Source: a virus
Taxonomy: Duplodnaviria > Caudoviricetes
DNA: 64,000 nt
IMG/VR virus record: IMGVR_UViG_2907208306_000002
Coordinates: 1 to 64,000 of that record
Reading direction: 5' to 3' (one strand)
This document shows positions 30,543 through 41,293 of this stretch, piece by piece (position 1 is the stretch's first letter; each line of letters starts with the position of its first letter). The notes beneath the pieces were generated by a model, which made no database searches, was not told the origin of the DNA, and saw nothing but the letters and a program-made list of their open reading frames with translations. A program made the translations under genes and the position numbers.

Positions 30543-32297
30543 TTACTTTTTGGAATAGATATTAGGTTTCCGCATTAAAAAGAAATCGTGAGGATTTATA
30601 TTGACTTTCTCTTTTGTCTTATCCATAAATGCTTTTATGTACCATAACCCCATACTCAACGAACTATACCTATCTTTATCTACTCTTTTTGTTAGCTGCT
30701 CTACCGTAAATTTACCTCCACTAAGTTGTTTAATTTTCAAGTTGGCAACCTCTTCTAGAAGTAGATCTGTTTGCGTATGAGGATATAACTTCTTAACGTG
30801 CTCTTTGTCGTTAATATCATAATTATTATCTGTATTTTTCACCAACAATTGAAGCTTGCTGCTTTCAACCATATCGATGAAGTTAACAATAATATCATGG
30901 TTTATCCCTTGAGAGGTTAACGCATATAGAATCTTTTCTGATTCACTGGACTCCGGTTCATCATCTGTATTTATTGTATTCCAGCAACCAAGATTATCGC
31001 CTGTTATTGGATCAATAGTGTCTTTTAGAAGCTCATCTTTTAAGCCCACACCAACACCATTGGTATCCACAACCACCACTTTTGCTTCATATAGCGATTT
31101 TAGACGCTTTACTTCAATAGCTTGAGCGCTGAAATTTAAACCATTAGGAAGGTTTATTAAGTTAACCAAATAAACCCTTAGAATTTTACCATCTTTATTC
31201 CTCTTTATTTTCAATATGGAAATTGATGTCTGGTTATTGTTTTGCGATGACGATCTGGCAACGTCAACCGAAATTACGTATTCGGACTTACCATCACCTT
31301 TAAATTCAGGTGATGAGAGCGTCCTTAAATCAATAACTTTATTGATGTTAACAATCGCTCCATCAGAGGCACCAACCCACTTACTTTCGTAGTTCATAGC
31401 AAAGAATGTGGGCGATAGTTTACTCTTTTTATCTAACAAAGCCGATTTAGGTTCGCCTCGACCATAATTAACTGCAAGCTGCCAGTCTGAACCAATTACA
31501 ACTTTTCCTTTTAGTTCAGCCATCTCATCTATCATTCTAAGGTTTCTTTCGAATTCGTCAGAACCTCTAAAGCCAGATGTGGTAAAAAAGTTGATTTGGC
31601 CATTAAGTTCTTCAGGATTAATAACCGCTTCTTTGCCAATCGTTCTTCTAGGCACGTTAGGAATAGGCTCAAGACAGTCCTCAAATAAAGCATTATTCAA
31701 CAAAGCGGATTCTTCTATCTGCAGTCTTTTTCGTCGCTGTCCTTTGCTGCTCTGGGCATTAGCTAAAACATCTATTCTTCCACCTGATATAAAATTAATT
31801 TCAGCACTATCTTTACTAAAAGAAGGATTGCCTTTAACTTCATTGTTCAACAATGGATAGAAACGGGTCAACTCACGCCATTTATCTTCAAAGATACTGC
31901 TGGCATTTTGTAATGTTTGAGCTGTCATTGATATTTCGATATCAGGATAAAAGATTGCAGCATGAACCATACCCATGACTTCGATTAATGTTTTTCCATA
32001 TCCACGGGGAAAGACTCCATAGGTTGAAATGAACCTGGCAATACACCTTAAAAATACACGCTGATCTAAGTCCAACCTAATACCACCGGTTTCGGGGGTA
32101 ATTAAGTCATACCAAAGATCGGGGTTCCACCGACACCAGCTTACCAAATCTTTGTACTTAGATAAGTTTTTCGTAAAGTTATCTACTTGTGCCTCAGTAA
32201 CCATCTCAATATTATTATTGAAATTTGGATCATGGACGTCCGTTCTATTTTTAGTATGTTTTGCACTTTTTGATTGAAAGTTTTTATAAGAAGACAT
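30543..32297 (-). CDS. Terminase large subunit
   Basis: Walker A RGYGKT, Walker B LQIEES, nuclease VDVAR and KDRYS. Confidence 0.92.
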   Translation of the reverse strand: MSSYKNFQSKSAKHTKNRTDVHDPNFNNNIEMVTEAQVDNFTKNLSKYKDLVSWCRWNPDLWYDLITPETGGIRLDLDQRVFLRCIARFISTYGVFPRGYGKTLIEVMGMVHAAIFYPDIEISMTAQTLQNASSIFEDKWRELTRFYPLLNNEVKGNPSFSKDSAEINFISGGRIDVLANAQSSKGQRRKRLQIEESALLNNALFEDCLEPIPNVPRRTIGKEAVINPEELNGQINFFTTSGFRGSDEFERNLRMIDEMAELKGKVVIGSDWQLAVNYGRGEPKSALLDKKSKLSPTFFAMNYESKWVGASDGAIVNINKVIDLRTLSSPEFKGDGKSEYVISVDVARSSSQNNNQTSISILKIKRNKDGKILRVYLVNLINLPNGLNFSAQAIEVKRLKSLYEAKVVVVDTNGVGVGLKDELLKDTIDPITGDNLGCWNTINTDDEPESSESEKILYALTSQGINHDIIVNFIDMVESSKLQLLVKNTDNNYDINDKEHVKKLYPHTQTDLLLEEVANLKIKQLSGGKFTVEQLTKRVDKDRYSSLSMGLWYIKAFMDKTKEKVNINPHDFFLMRKPNIYSKK

Positions 32298-33195
32298 TAT
32301 CTTCACCGTCTATGTTACTTTCATATTCCTTTTTACGCTGATCGTAAAAGGCAAAAATATCTTTATACTCAGCAGGAGGAAGACCTTTAAGATCTCTGAC
32401 ATAATTGACATAGCACCAGATAGTAAAGTCTACCTTGTCTTGAGGTCTTTCTTTGAATTGAGGCAGAATCTCAATCACATCAATTGCCTGTTCAACATTT
32501 CGCGTTAATTGTGAGAAACTATCCAATCCATCTGATAAGTCTGACTTTGATAACTGAGACGGATTTATCTTAGCGGCTACAGCAGCGTCTTTGGCTAATT
32601 TACCCCAACTTTCAGCCTCTTTAGATTGTCCCTTTTGAGTTGCTAATTCTTCTTTAACTCGATACCGAACATAGATTTGCAATGCTTCAATATGCATTGC
32701 TGTTCGTTCAGGATAGTTAACTTTTAGTTGTTGATACTTCTTTTCAAACAATATAATTTCATCAGGTGGGTAATTTCCCCATTTTTCAATTAAATCAGGG
32801 GTCACTACAACCGCTGGCTGAGTAGGGGCCGAGACAGATATCTCACTATTTTCAATAGATTTTTTCTCAAATACACTATCTTCCCATGTCATTCCTCTAT
32901 AATTTGGTAGTGAGTTGATTTGTCTTAGATAATTCCCAAATGTTTTACCAATTCTATTTGAAGAGTCCTCCCATAAATCAATAAGAAAGGGGAGATCCAT
33001 CGCTCTCAAGGCTGAATGGACGGTTTTAATGTCAGAGTAATCAATCATCTCATTAATACATTTCTTACAGAGAGGAGACTTCCCATCTGACATAGGATTA
33101 TTATTGTTATAAAAATTTATTAAGGACAAAACTCTTTTACATTCAGAACATTTTTTTGTTGGTTTTTCTTTATTTATTTTTGGTGTTTTAGTCAC
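32284..33195 (-). CDS. Zn-finger protein, probable terminase small subunit (YonG-like)
   Basis: Two CxxC pairs; overlaps TerL start. Confidence 0.55.
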   Translation of the reverse strand: MTKTPKINKEKPTKKCSECKRVLSLINFYNNNNPMSDGKSPLCKKCINEMIDYSDIKTVHSALRAMDLPFLIDLWEDSSNRIGKTFGNYLRQINSLPNYRGMTWEDSVFEKKSIENSEISVSAPTQPAVVVTPDLIEKWGNYPPDEIILFEKKYQQLKVNYPERTAMHIEALQIYVRYRVKEELATQKGQSKEAESWGKLAKDAAVAAKINPSQLSKSDLSDGLDSFSQLTRNVEQAIDVIEILPQFKERPQDKVDFTIWCYVNYVRDLKGLPPAEYKDIFAFYDQRKKEYESNIDGEDNVFL

Positions 33196-33380
33196 TTTCT
33201 CACCTTCCTTATAACTCCCATAGAGATAATCTTTGATTTAGTCGGCGTGTTGCCAAAGTAAAAAAGAGTAAAAGGGCGGGAGGGAGTGCCCGTTTTAGAT
33301 ATCGATTGATAAATCCCTTTTACTAAAATACAAACAACAAAAAAGACGATCTTACAATCGTCTAAGGAATTCTTTGTATT

Positions 33381-33734
33381 TTATTCTTCGTCTTCATCGA
33401 CAATCTCGATATCATATCCAGCCATCGATAACATATCGAAACGTAGCATTTCAACATCCATTTGTAGTTTATCTAGTCGTTCAGAAATTCTTCCGTGAGA
33501 CGAAGCGTGATCCCAAATGGTCATTAGGGCATCTTTGAGGTGAGATTTGTTTCTAACCTTAATGATTTGCTCAACATAGTTATCTAGAATGAGATCGATA
33601 TTTGGTTTATAGTTTGGAATCATAACTATATTTGTTGAGTCAGCAATGTCTTCTTCAGACAAGAATGAAGAAGGGAGGTCATTCTCCTCTGGTGGTTCGC
33701 CCTGCATGTATTCATCTTCAGTCAAGGATCTCAC
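33381..33734 (-). CDS. Acidic hypothetical protein
   Basis: ORF within operon. Confidence 0.55.
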   Translation of the reverse strand: MRSLTEDEYMQGEPPEENDLPSSFLSEEDIADSTNIVMIPNYKPNIDLILDNYVEQIIKVRNKSHLKDALMTIWDHASSHGRISERLDKLQMDVEMLRFDMLSMAGYDIEIVDEDEE

Positions 33735-33740
33735 CCACCC

Positions 33741-34916
33741 TTACTTAAATTTAATTTTATAGGTACATTCAATCTCAGAGCCATCTAGTACTATGTATTT
33801 CTGCATGGGAGAGGCAAAATATCGTTTTGATACTGCATAATCATCTGGCCCCATAAGACTTCCAGAAACAATTACTTCAGTCAGACCAAATTCTTTTTCG
33901 TAATTATGGTGAATATGTCCGCTGTAAATATATTTAGGGACAAAACCAAGGATCTGAGGGAGGTTCTTGGCAGAAGTTGCGGCTGGGTCGAGATCTCCGT
34001 GTACAAAGACGTGCTTTTCGCCATTGATGTCTTCAATATACAGACCGTCTTCATCTCGAACGATTTCTATATTAGCGAAGTCTTTTAATCGAGTTTCAAG
34101 AAACCAAGGGATCAGATACTCTAAATTTTCCCTAAAAATAGATTCATTCTTATTGCTAATCAATCTGGAGTGATTTCCAATAATGTTAATGAACTTTATT
34201 TTCTTGTGATACTTTGATAGTTCAGCAAGCGACTCTGCCATTGATTCTGCTGCAATCTGAATTTGATTGATTACGTCTTCACCAGACTGTACTCTGGCTG
34301 AAACGTGAATTGCACCATGTAGTGCGTCTCCCAGGTTTGCAACGATTAACTCGGAAACATTGTTTTTAATACTATATTGAATCGTTTTTTCTACAAGCGT
34401 TTTTAAACGATCTCTAAATACGATGATGTTGTATGTATTAAAGCTATTCTTAAATTCGCTCCCAATATGGAAGTCAGACCACAAAGAAATGGCCTTTTTG
34501 CTATCTGTTGCCTGTACACAAATCTCAGGTTTTAGTGGTTTGAGTTTTGCAAGTTCGGCTATTGCGACCGATACTTCATCTCTAAGGTGTTCAAATCTTG
34601 CTTGTTGTCTAATTAAATTAGTATATTCGCGTTTTTGATCCTGATATTTAAAACGTTCTTTTTGAAGTTGTACAGTTTTGTCTTCAATTTCTTGAATGTA
34701 CTCATTGCTTTCCGATTTTTTTACTCCAATGGAAATTCCGCGATTCAATAAATGATATTCTTTTCGATATTTAGATTCTGAAAAGTCTTCATTAAGAAAT
34801 TCGTTCATGAGAGAGGCGATATCATTCCAGGATAGATTGAGTTCATCTTTGTTAGATCCGATACGCAGAAGGTATTCCTCGTATGTTTCATTCTCTGTAT
34901 TATGTAATGGAGTCAT
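33741..34916 (-). CDS. Metallophosphoesterase (calcineurin-like)
   Basis: SDFH, GDALHG, GNHS, HGD, GHIH motifs. Confidence 0.85.
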   Translation of the reverse strand: MTPLHNTENETYEEYLLRIGSNKDELNLSWNDIASLMNEFLNEDFSESKYRKEYHLLNRGISIGVKKSESNEYIQEIEDKTVQLQKERFKYQDQKREYTNLIRQQARFEHLRDEVSVAIAELAKLKPLKPEICVQATDSKKAISLWSDFHIGSEFKNSFNTYNIIVFRDRLKTLVEKTIQYSIKNNVSELIVANLGDALHGAIHVSARVQSGEDVINQIQIAAESMAESLAELSKYHKKIKFINIIGNHSRLISNKNESIFRENLEYLIPWFLETRLKDFANIEIVRDEDGLYIEDINGEKHVFVHGDLDPAATSAKNLPQILGFVPKYIYSGHIHHNYEKEFGLTEVIVSGSLMGPDDYAVSKRYFASPMQKYIVLDGSEIECTYKIKFK

Positions 34917-34927
34917 TTAATCACTCC

Positions 34928-35122
34928 TCAATCTTCCACAATGTGACTCGGATCAAAGTCAGAGCCAATAGTAATAGATACATTCCCGCCATCAAATTCC
35001 TTTAGCAATGACTTCAAATCAAATACTTGAATACCGTTCTTGTCTTCGTGGGTAATCGTCATCGTTTCCATTTCAAAAGAACCGGTTCGATTTACTGTTT
35101 TTGTATCCTTATTTTTAGCCAT
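34928..35122 (-). CDS. yonK: YonK family protein
   Basis: 64 aa; FDLKSLLKEFDGGNVSITI; SPbeta synteny. Confidence 0.75.
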   Translation of the reverse strand: MAKNKDTKTVNRTGSFEMETMTITHEDKNGIQVFDLKSLLKEFDGGNVSITIGSDFDPSHIVED

Positions 35123-35152
35123 AATTAAATACTCCCTTAGTATTTTTATTTT

Positions 35153-36469
35153 TTAAAGCATATCTGCACATAGTTGAGAGATTGTGGATCTTTCACCTTT
35201 AGTGAAAGTAATGTGCCCAACCTCTTTTTGTTCTTTCATTGCCTCAGTAAAATGAGTAAGACCATTAGAGTAGATATCAAGATATGGACTATCGATTTGA
35301 AATGGGTCACCTAAAAGTACGAGCTTACTACCTTCCCCTAAGCGAGTCGCAATAGTTTTTACTTCATGGCGGCTCAAATTCTGAGCTTCATCAATAATGA
35401 TCCATTGATTCGGAATGGATCGACCTCGAATATACGTTAATGCCTCAACCTTAATTATGTCTTCATATCCTTGAAGCAACTTGTTAAGTTGGTCTTCGTC
35501 CTTACAATCAAACAAATACTCTAAATTATCATAAATGGGTTGCATCCACGGACGAAGTTTCTCGTCTTTTTCCCCAGGCAGATAACCAATATCTTTTCCC
35601 ATAGGTACAACAGGTCTACCAACAAGAACTTTTCTATACGTTTGCTCATCTAATGTTTTTTGTAGTGAAACCGCCAGTGCAAGTAAAGTCTTACCTGTGC
35701 CTGCTTTGCCTGATAGTGTCACAATAGGAACGTTATCATCAAGCAACAAGTCTAGCGCCATCATTTGCTCAACATTTTTATGTTTAATAGTACCGAAGAT
35801 AGGATTCTCGGTTGAGTATTGATAAAGAGGTACTAGTTTCCCCTTAAGTTTTCTGCAGACTGCACTTTTGCTATCATTTATCTCTGACTTAAGAATGAAA
35901 AAGTGGTTTTCTGGATAGGAATCAAACATTTTATCTCTAAGAGACTTGTTCCTATAAAACCTATTTACCATTTCATCGGGGACGGATACAGTGGAGTAGC
36001 CCTTATATAGTTCGTCTTCGCTTGTGGCAACTTTATCATTCAGATAATCTTCTGAGTTAACCGAAACAGTATCTGCCTTTACACGTACCAATACATCTTT
36101 AGAGATGAGCACAACTTGCGTATCTAGACTTGTCTCTTTTAATTCAAAAGCAACCGCAATAATTGCATTATCATTTTTATCATCAAGAAATCTTTCGAAA
36201 ATGGGGGATTTTGAATCGTGAGTCTTAACTACAAGATTGCCGCCATTTCGTAATAGTACACCATTATGTAGTTTGCCGATTTCACGTAGAGCATCCAGTT
36301 CACGAGCAACATGTCTCGCATTTCGTCCTAATTCATCAGGTAGTTTTTTCTTACTGTCCAATTCCTCTAATACAACGCTTGGGATAACCACATTATTATC
36401 TTCAAATGCGTAAATGGCTAATGGATCTGATAAAAGGACGTTTGTATCTAGAACATAAGTTTTCTTCAT
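35153..36469 (-). CDS. phoH: PIN-PhoH (PhoH2/YlaK-like) ATPase
   Basis: YVLDTNVL PIN domain, GKAGTGKT, IGYLPG, RGRS, DEAQN. ATG at 36469 with GAGGT RBS. Confidence 0.92.
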   Translation of the reverse strand: MKKTYVLDTNVLLSDPLAIYAFEDNNVVIPSVVLEELDSKKKLPDELGRNARHVARELDALREIGKLHNGVLLRNGGNLVVKTHDSKSPIFERFLDDKNDNAIIAVAFELKETSLDTQVVLISKDVLVRVKADTVSVNSEDYLNDKVATSEDELYKGYSTVSVPDEMVNRFYRNKSLRDKMFDSYPENHFFILKSEINDSKSAVCRKLKGKLVPLYQYSTENPIFGTIKHKNVEQMMALDLLLDDNVPIVTLSGKAGTGKTLLALAVSLQKTLDEQTYRKVLVGRPVVPMGKDIGYLPGEKDEKLRPWMQPIYDNLEYLFDCKDEDQLNKLLQGYEDIIKVEALTYIRGRSIPNQWIIIDEAQNLSRHEVKTIATRLGEGSKLVLLGDPFQIDSPYLDIYSNGLTHFTEAMKEQKEVGHITFTKGERSTISQLCADML

Positions 36470-36627
36470 CGGCTTTACCTCTTTGGGTAGAATAGGGGAA
36501 AGAGGCACCACCCAAAGGCCGCACCCCTTAAAATAGTGATTCATCTGCATAATCGCAGTCAAATTAATGGTTCCTGGTGGATAATCCACAATGTTTCTGG
36601 TATATGTATTAAAATGAAATTATAGTT

Positions 36628-36906
36628 TTATTGTACGTTTACAGCATCTTTAAGTGCTTTCTTTGGTTTAAATGCTGGAACTTTTTTGGCAGCAATTTCA
36701 ACTGGTTCTCCAGTTTGAGGATTTCGACCTGTACGAGCATTGCGTTGCCGAGATTCGAATTCTCCGAATCCTGAAATCGACACTTTTTCTCCATTTGCGA
36801 GTGCTTCAATAATTACCTCAAACACTGCATTAGTTGCAGTCTCAACGTCTTTTTTTGTATAATCTGTTTTCTCTACAACTTTATTGTATAGATCTTGTTT
36901 ATTCAT
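36628..36906 (-). CDS. hup: HU DNA-binding protein (YonN-like)
   Basis: [21 protein letters not shown] motifs. Confidence 0.96.
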   Translation of the reverse strand: MNKQDLYNKVVEKTDYTKKDVETATNAVFEVIIEALANGEKVSISGFGEFESRQRNARTGRNPQTGEPVEIAAKKVPAFKPKKALKDAVNVQ

Positions 36907-37176
36907 ATTTCATTTCTCCCTTGAAATTTTATATTTTGTTTATGTATTGTAATCGGGTAAGGGCATATAATAGCCTCTTCACTTTGTATATCAGGATAAG
37001 ATACGCTCTCCCTAAAAGACCATCTTGTTTTTTGCTTATTATGATTGAGTTTTTTGAAAAACCCTTATAAACAAAGGGAATTTATGATAAAATATAATTA
37101 TATTTATCTTTAAAAGCCATTACAATAGTGAAAAAAGTCAATGTTTATTAGGGTTTTATGAAATAGTTCCAAAAGG

Positions 37177-39783
37177 TTAGACTTTTCTATGTTTTTCGTA
37201 CCATCTTTTAAATTTTTCTCTATTCTGTTTCTTTTTTACTTCCACCAAACAGTGTTCACAATATTTCTTTTGATTGTTTACCTTTTCAATCCTATCACCA
37301 CAAACTTCACACTGTATATATCCATCATCCAAGCTCATTTCAACATTCTTTTTAATATTTCCTACAATTATATCACCAAAACTCGACCATAGAGTTGTCT
37401 TATAGCTACTCTTCTTTTGCTTATACAGATATTCGACGAGAACATCAACAACATAAGATACATTTGAATTCACTTCTAACAATTTACTGCGAATTTCTTT
37501 ATAAGCAAGAATATCATCTGTGTTTGTCTTATCATCAATTGTGCCCGACATCATAAAGTGCTTTTTAAGGTCTAACTCTGTATATGTATTAATTATTTGT
37601 TGATCTAACTTAATCTCAGCATTCTTGCTACTCATAAGTAACTTATAATCAAACTTACCTAAATTGGCGGCTTTAAAATTAATTTTCGGATTTGGGATCA
37701 ATTTACCAAGTCTATTGACCACGCTATTGTTTTGTTCTGCGACATTTTCCTCAAGTTTGTCTTTAGCATAAATAAAGAAGTGGGGGACTTTGGATTTAGT
37801 GAAATCAGTAATTAGTTTCTTCTTACTTTGCGGTCGAACTGGCTTATATAGAGTTTTAGCATAGTCGATAGTAAAGTTATTCTCCATGCAAAGCAATTTA
37901 ATCACGTCTAAATTGACATTATTACTGTTCCATATTTTTGTGATATCATTACTAATCACTCCGATATTCCCGCCAGTATAGGCAGCGACCAATCCGCCAT
38001 AAATGCTGCTATTCGTAATTTTTTCTGCTTCAGCTTTAGCCATTTTATAATACAGCGGATATACATCCTTCATATTTCTCTCTGCAACTTCTACCAAAGT
38101 CTTATCATTACAGACAAGGGCTTTGTCGCCGTCATTGTCGAACATAAGAATTTTGCTTATTGGGTCTTGGCAGCTTGTATAGACGCTATTAGTTACAAAC
38201 CAGCGCTTCATTTCTTTAGTAATTACATTTTTCCTAACTGCGTGTTCTCGATAAAGATGGGGGCTTCTTAAGCAATTGAGCTTTTCGTTATTGCCATATA
38301 GGGAGCAAAATACTTCTCCGTTGTTTAGTAATCCTTTGGGTTCTTGAACTCCAAGAAATAAATACTCACAGAATGCATATAGGTCTGGACTTATAAATGT
38401 ATACTTACCACTAATATCAATTTTTCCTGCTTTGGCGTTCTTCATCATGCTGCGTTTTACTTGTTTTAAAATTTCTCTGCTATATGTATCATTCAGTAAC
38501 TCAGGATATATCTCTAGTGCCTGTTGCAGGTAATTTTTATTAGTATTAGTGTCTGATACTCCAAGAAGTTTTAGCATAGTATTTCGGTCAGATCCAACAT
38601 TTAAAATCTTATGTATTGTTTTGTTGCTTAACTTTAGCAATTCATCGTTTGAGATTTCCGTCAAGGTTTGAAGCATTTGATAATTTAATTTGGCGTTCCC
38701 AATTAAATCCTCTTCTTCGTTACACTTACCAGCGTGACAATTATATTTGATGAAATTGTCTGTATATTCTCCCCAGCAAGAATAATATTTCCACATCTTA
38801 AACTGGCTCTTAGTGAATATTACTTCAATTTTTTCTTTAATAATATCGTGCTCTACACCGTAGATATCTTTGACAACACCATATTTGCTTTTACCTTTAG
38901 CATTAGCTTCGCGGATAAATTTATCGAAAGGGAAGGGGATAAGTAACCCCTTAATCCAAGGAAGTCTTACCATCATTCCCTTCTTAGATTTTCGAGGGAG
39001 GATCATTCCACATCCATCCGTATGCTCAATCGCTATATTCATGCTTTGTCTTGTAATTTCATATGTTTCATCATCAATGTAATCGACAATACTCTGTACC
39101 GGTGTTTCCATATCGTCTACGACAATTGCTTTGGTGATATCAAACTCTTTCCATTCCTCGGTGGCACTATTGCATAGGGCAAGGTAGGCCAAATACTTAT
39201 TAATGTTGACCCCACCTAATTCATTAATTCTTTCGATTGTGAGACCACACATTAACGCTGCATGATGCTTTGTATATACACTCTCTTTGATAAAAACTGT
39301 TTTTTTGGTTCGAATTTGTCCTGCACTTGCTGTGAAGCATATATACTTTTCGCCATTATGAATAAAGCCGTCATTTACAATATTGTTTAGAATGTCGAAG
39401 AAGTACGTCTGAACTACCATGACATCTTCTGAAAGTTTGTTTTGCTGAATGCCCAACGTCCTTGTTAATGTAGATTCAAATACAGAAATAATGGACTTCT
39501 TACTGAGTAATGCTTCGAGACGAAGATGCCGAACCCCTTGATGCAAGGTAAATTGATGATACAGTTTCTCTTTAATTCGTTTGATTCTCTTGTTTGTATT
39601 TGTAATGAGCTGATCAATCTTTTGGCTTTCTAGCTCGTCCGTCTTTTTCTTTAATTGTTTAAGTTTATTTCTGAACTTATAGTTCTTATTCAACCTTTTA
39701 TGTATTTGCATTTCATTATCATCATAAAAAGAACTAGTATCTAAACTGTAAACATTGACTTGTTTATTCAAATTTATAGTCAT
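37177..39783 (-). CDS. yonO: YonO-type single-subunit phage RNA polymerase
   Basis: Catalytic FDNDGD; SAGQIRTKK, HTDGCGM, RLPWIKG, RSPHL motifs; heads the late cluster. Confidence 0.92.
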   Translation of the reverse strand: MTINLNKQVNVYSLDTSSFYDDNEMQIHKRLNKNYKFRNKLKQLKKKTDELESQKIDQLITNTNKRIKRIKEKLYHQFTLHQGVRHLRLEALLSKKSIISVFESTLTRTLGIQQNKLSEDVMVVQTYFFDILNNIVNDGFIHNGEKYICFTASAGQIRTKKTVFIKESVYTKHHAALMCGLTIERINELGGVNINKYLAYLALCNSATEEWKEFDITKAIVVDDMETPVQSIVDYIDDETYEITRQSMNIAIEHTDGCGMILPRKSKKGMMVRLPWIKGLLIPFPFDKFIREANAKGKSKYGVVKDIYGVEHDIIKEKIEVIFTKSQFKMWKYYSCWGEYTDNFIKYNCHAGKCNEEEDLIGNAKLNYQMLQTLTEISNDELLKLSNKTIHKILNVGSDRNTMLKLLGVSDTNTNKNYLQQALEIYPELLNDTYSREILKQVKRSMMKNAKAGKIDISGKYTFISPDLYAFCEYLFLGVQEPKGLLNNGEVFCSLYGNNEKLNCLRSPHLYREHAVRKNVITKEMKRWFVTNSVYTSCQDPISKILMFDNDGDKALVCNDKTLVEVAERNMKDVYPLYYKMAKAEAEKITNSSIYGGLVAAYTGGNIGVISNDITKIWNSNNVNLDVIKLLCMENNFTIDYAKTLYKPVRPQSKKKLITDFTKSKVPHFFIYAKDKLEENVAEQNNSVVNRLGKLIPNPKINFKAANLGKFDYKLLMSSKNAEIKLDQQIINTYTELDLKKHFMMSGTIDDKTNTDDILAYKEIRSKLLEVNSNVSYVVDVLVEYLYKQKKSSYKTTLWSSFGDIIVGNIKKNVEMSLDDGYIQCEVCGDRIEKVNNQKKYCEHCLVEVKKKQNREKFKRWYEKHRKV

Positions 39784-39809
39784 TAACACCCCTTTGTAAA
39801 AAAATATAT

Positions 39810-40043
39810 TTATTTAATCGGTGTAACTTCAGACAGTTTCTCGGACTTATAAGGTTCTCGATAGAATCTACCGCTGTTTGCTTTCATTAACCACACTGCT
39901 TCATTATCAATCACTTCTTCTATGTATTCAACACAATCATTAGTTCCTTGCTTCATTTCTGGTGAAACATATCTTTCATCACAATAATCAACATCTCCAT
40001 CATAATATTGCTCCTGGAAAGTTCTAAAATATTTGTTTGCCAT
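39810..40043 (-). CDS. Small hypothetical protein upstream of RNAP
   Basis: ORF with GAGG upstream. Confidence 0.5.
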   Translation of the reverse strand: MANKYFRTFQEQYYDGDVDYCDERYVSPEMKQGTNDCVEYIEEVIDNEAVWLMKANSGRFYREPYKSEKLSEVTPIK

Positions 40044-40252
40044 TAAGTATTCATAAATCCTCTCTAATTTTGAATTCAGAGAGCAACATTCATTAGATTA
40101 CTTTTTTACTTGTTATCCAGAGAATGTTAATCTCTGTAATTTCAATATATCAGGACTTCATGATATAGTCAATAATATTTTTATGTTTATTTAATTGACT
40201 TTGATTTCATTATAATGGTAAAATGTAATTAATCGAAGGGAGGCTGCTAAAA

Positions 40253-41293
40253 ATGAATGCCACAAAGAATAATATCGTTGGGTTACATATTGGGTCTGTA
40301 TATGAAGACATTCAGACATTCATTTCTAAGTTTGATAGTAAAAATACACAGACGAATTACGAAAGAAGTATTAGGTCTTTCTTTATGTGGTTTGCAAAAA
40401 AACCACTGGAGTTATTACAAAGAGAGGATTTACATGTTCGCAATGCCGATGTGATTAAATACCAAACTTATTTAAGAAATCATGAAGCCGATTATACGAA
40501 CACAACTATTAACAATATGATGGCTGCTATCCAGAGCTTATATGAGTTCCTGGAGATTAATGAATACGGTGTGAATTCAAAATATGTAAAGGTTGATGTT
40601 CTAACCGATGATTCAGAGAGTGCCGGTGATTTATTTCATCATGAAGCTGAAGCCATGGCCAATCTGGTTAAAGGACATAAGAAAGGTCAAGAGAAGTCGG
40701 CGTTAATTAGATTGGCTTATACAACTAGTTTTCGTAAATCCTCATTGCTGAATCTAGAATGGACAGATATTAAAAGAAACCCAGAAGCAGACCATTATCT
40801 TATTACTACAACTGGTAAGGGAGGAAAGAAGCATACTGTCCCTATCTCTGCAGAGCTTTACAATGAGTTAGAACTTATTAAGGAACAGAAGTATTATCAA
40901 CAGTACAGCGATAATAAGATATTTCACTTAAGCAAGACCACAATTCAAAACATGATGGATACACTTAAAATGGAAATGAGTATCCCAGATGAGCGCAATA
41001 TTGTGTTTCACAGTTTCCGAAATGTAGCAGCGAGTTATGGGTCACTTGAGGAAGTAAAAGCTCATCTAAATCATAGCGATATCAATACAACTAATAAGTA
41101 TTACAGACACAAAATGAAGGATTACTCTCAAAGCATAAGCTTAAGAATGGAGGATAAGCTCGATGATGATGTGTTTGAACTGCTAAGCAAGGAGGAACTA
41201 ATTCGCTTAATTAAGCAGCAAGCAGTGGGAACAGTTATCCAAATGAAAAAAGAAGCAATTGAAATGACTAATAAAAGGGAGATGAATAATTGA
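40253..41293 (+). CDS. Tyrosine recombinase (second)
   Basis: R (SFRKS), K (GKGGK), HSFR, LNHS, KYY; GGAGG RBS. Confidence 0.88.
   Translation: MNATKNNIVGLHIGSVYEDIQTFISKFDSKNTQTNYERSIRSFFMWFAKKPLELLQREDLHVRNADVIKYQTYLRNHEADYTNTTINNMMAAIQSLYEFLEINEYGVNSKYVKVDVLTDDSESAGDLFHHEAEAMANLVKGHKKGQEKSALIRLAYTTSFRKSSLLNLEWTDIKRNPEADHYLITTTGKGGKKHTVPISAELYNELELIKEQKYYQQYSDNKIFHLSKTTIQNMMDTLKMEMSIPDERNIVFHSFRNVAASYGSLEEVKAHLNHSDINTTNKYYRHKMKDYSQSISLRMEDKLDDDVFELLSKEELIRLIKQQAVGTVIQMKKEAIEMTNKREMNN

Noticed and set aside
30543-39783. Introns or inteins in terminase or RNA polymerase
   Set aside because: Both frames are continuous and of ordinary length.
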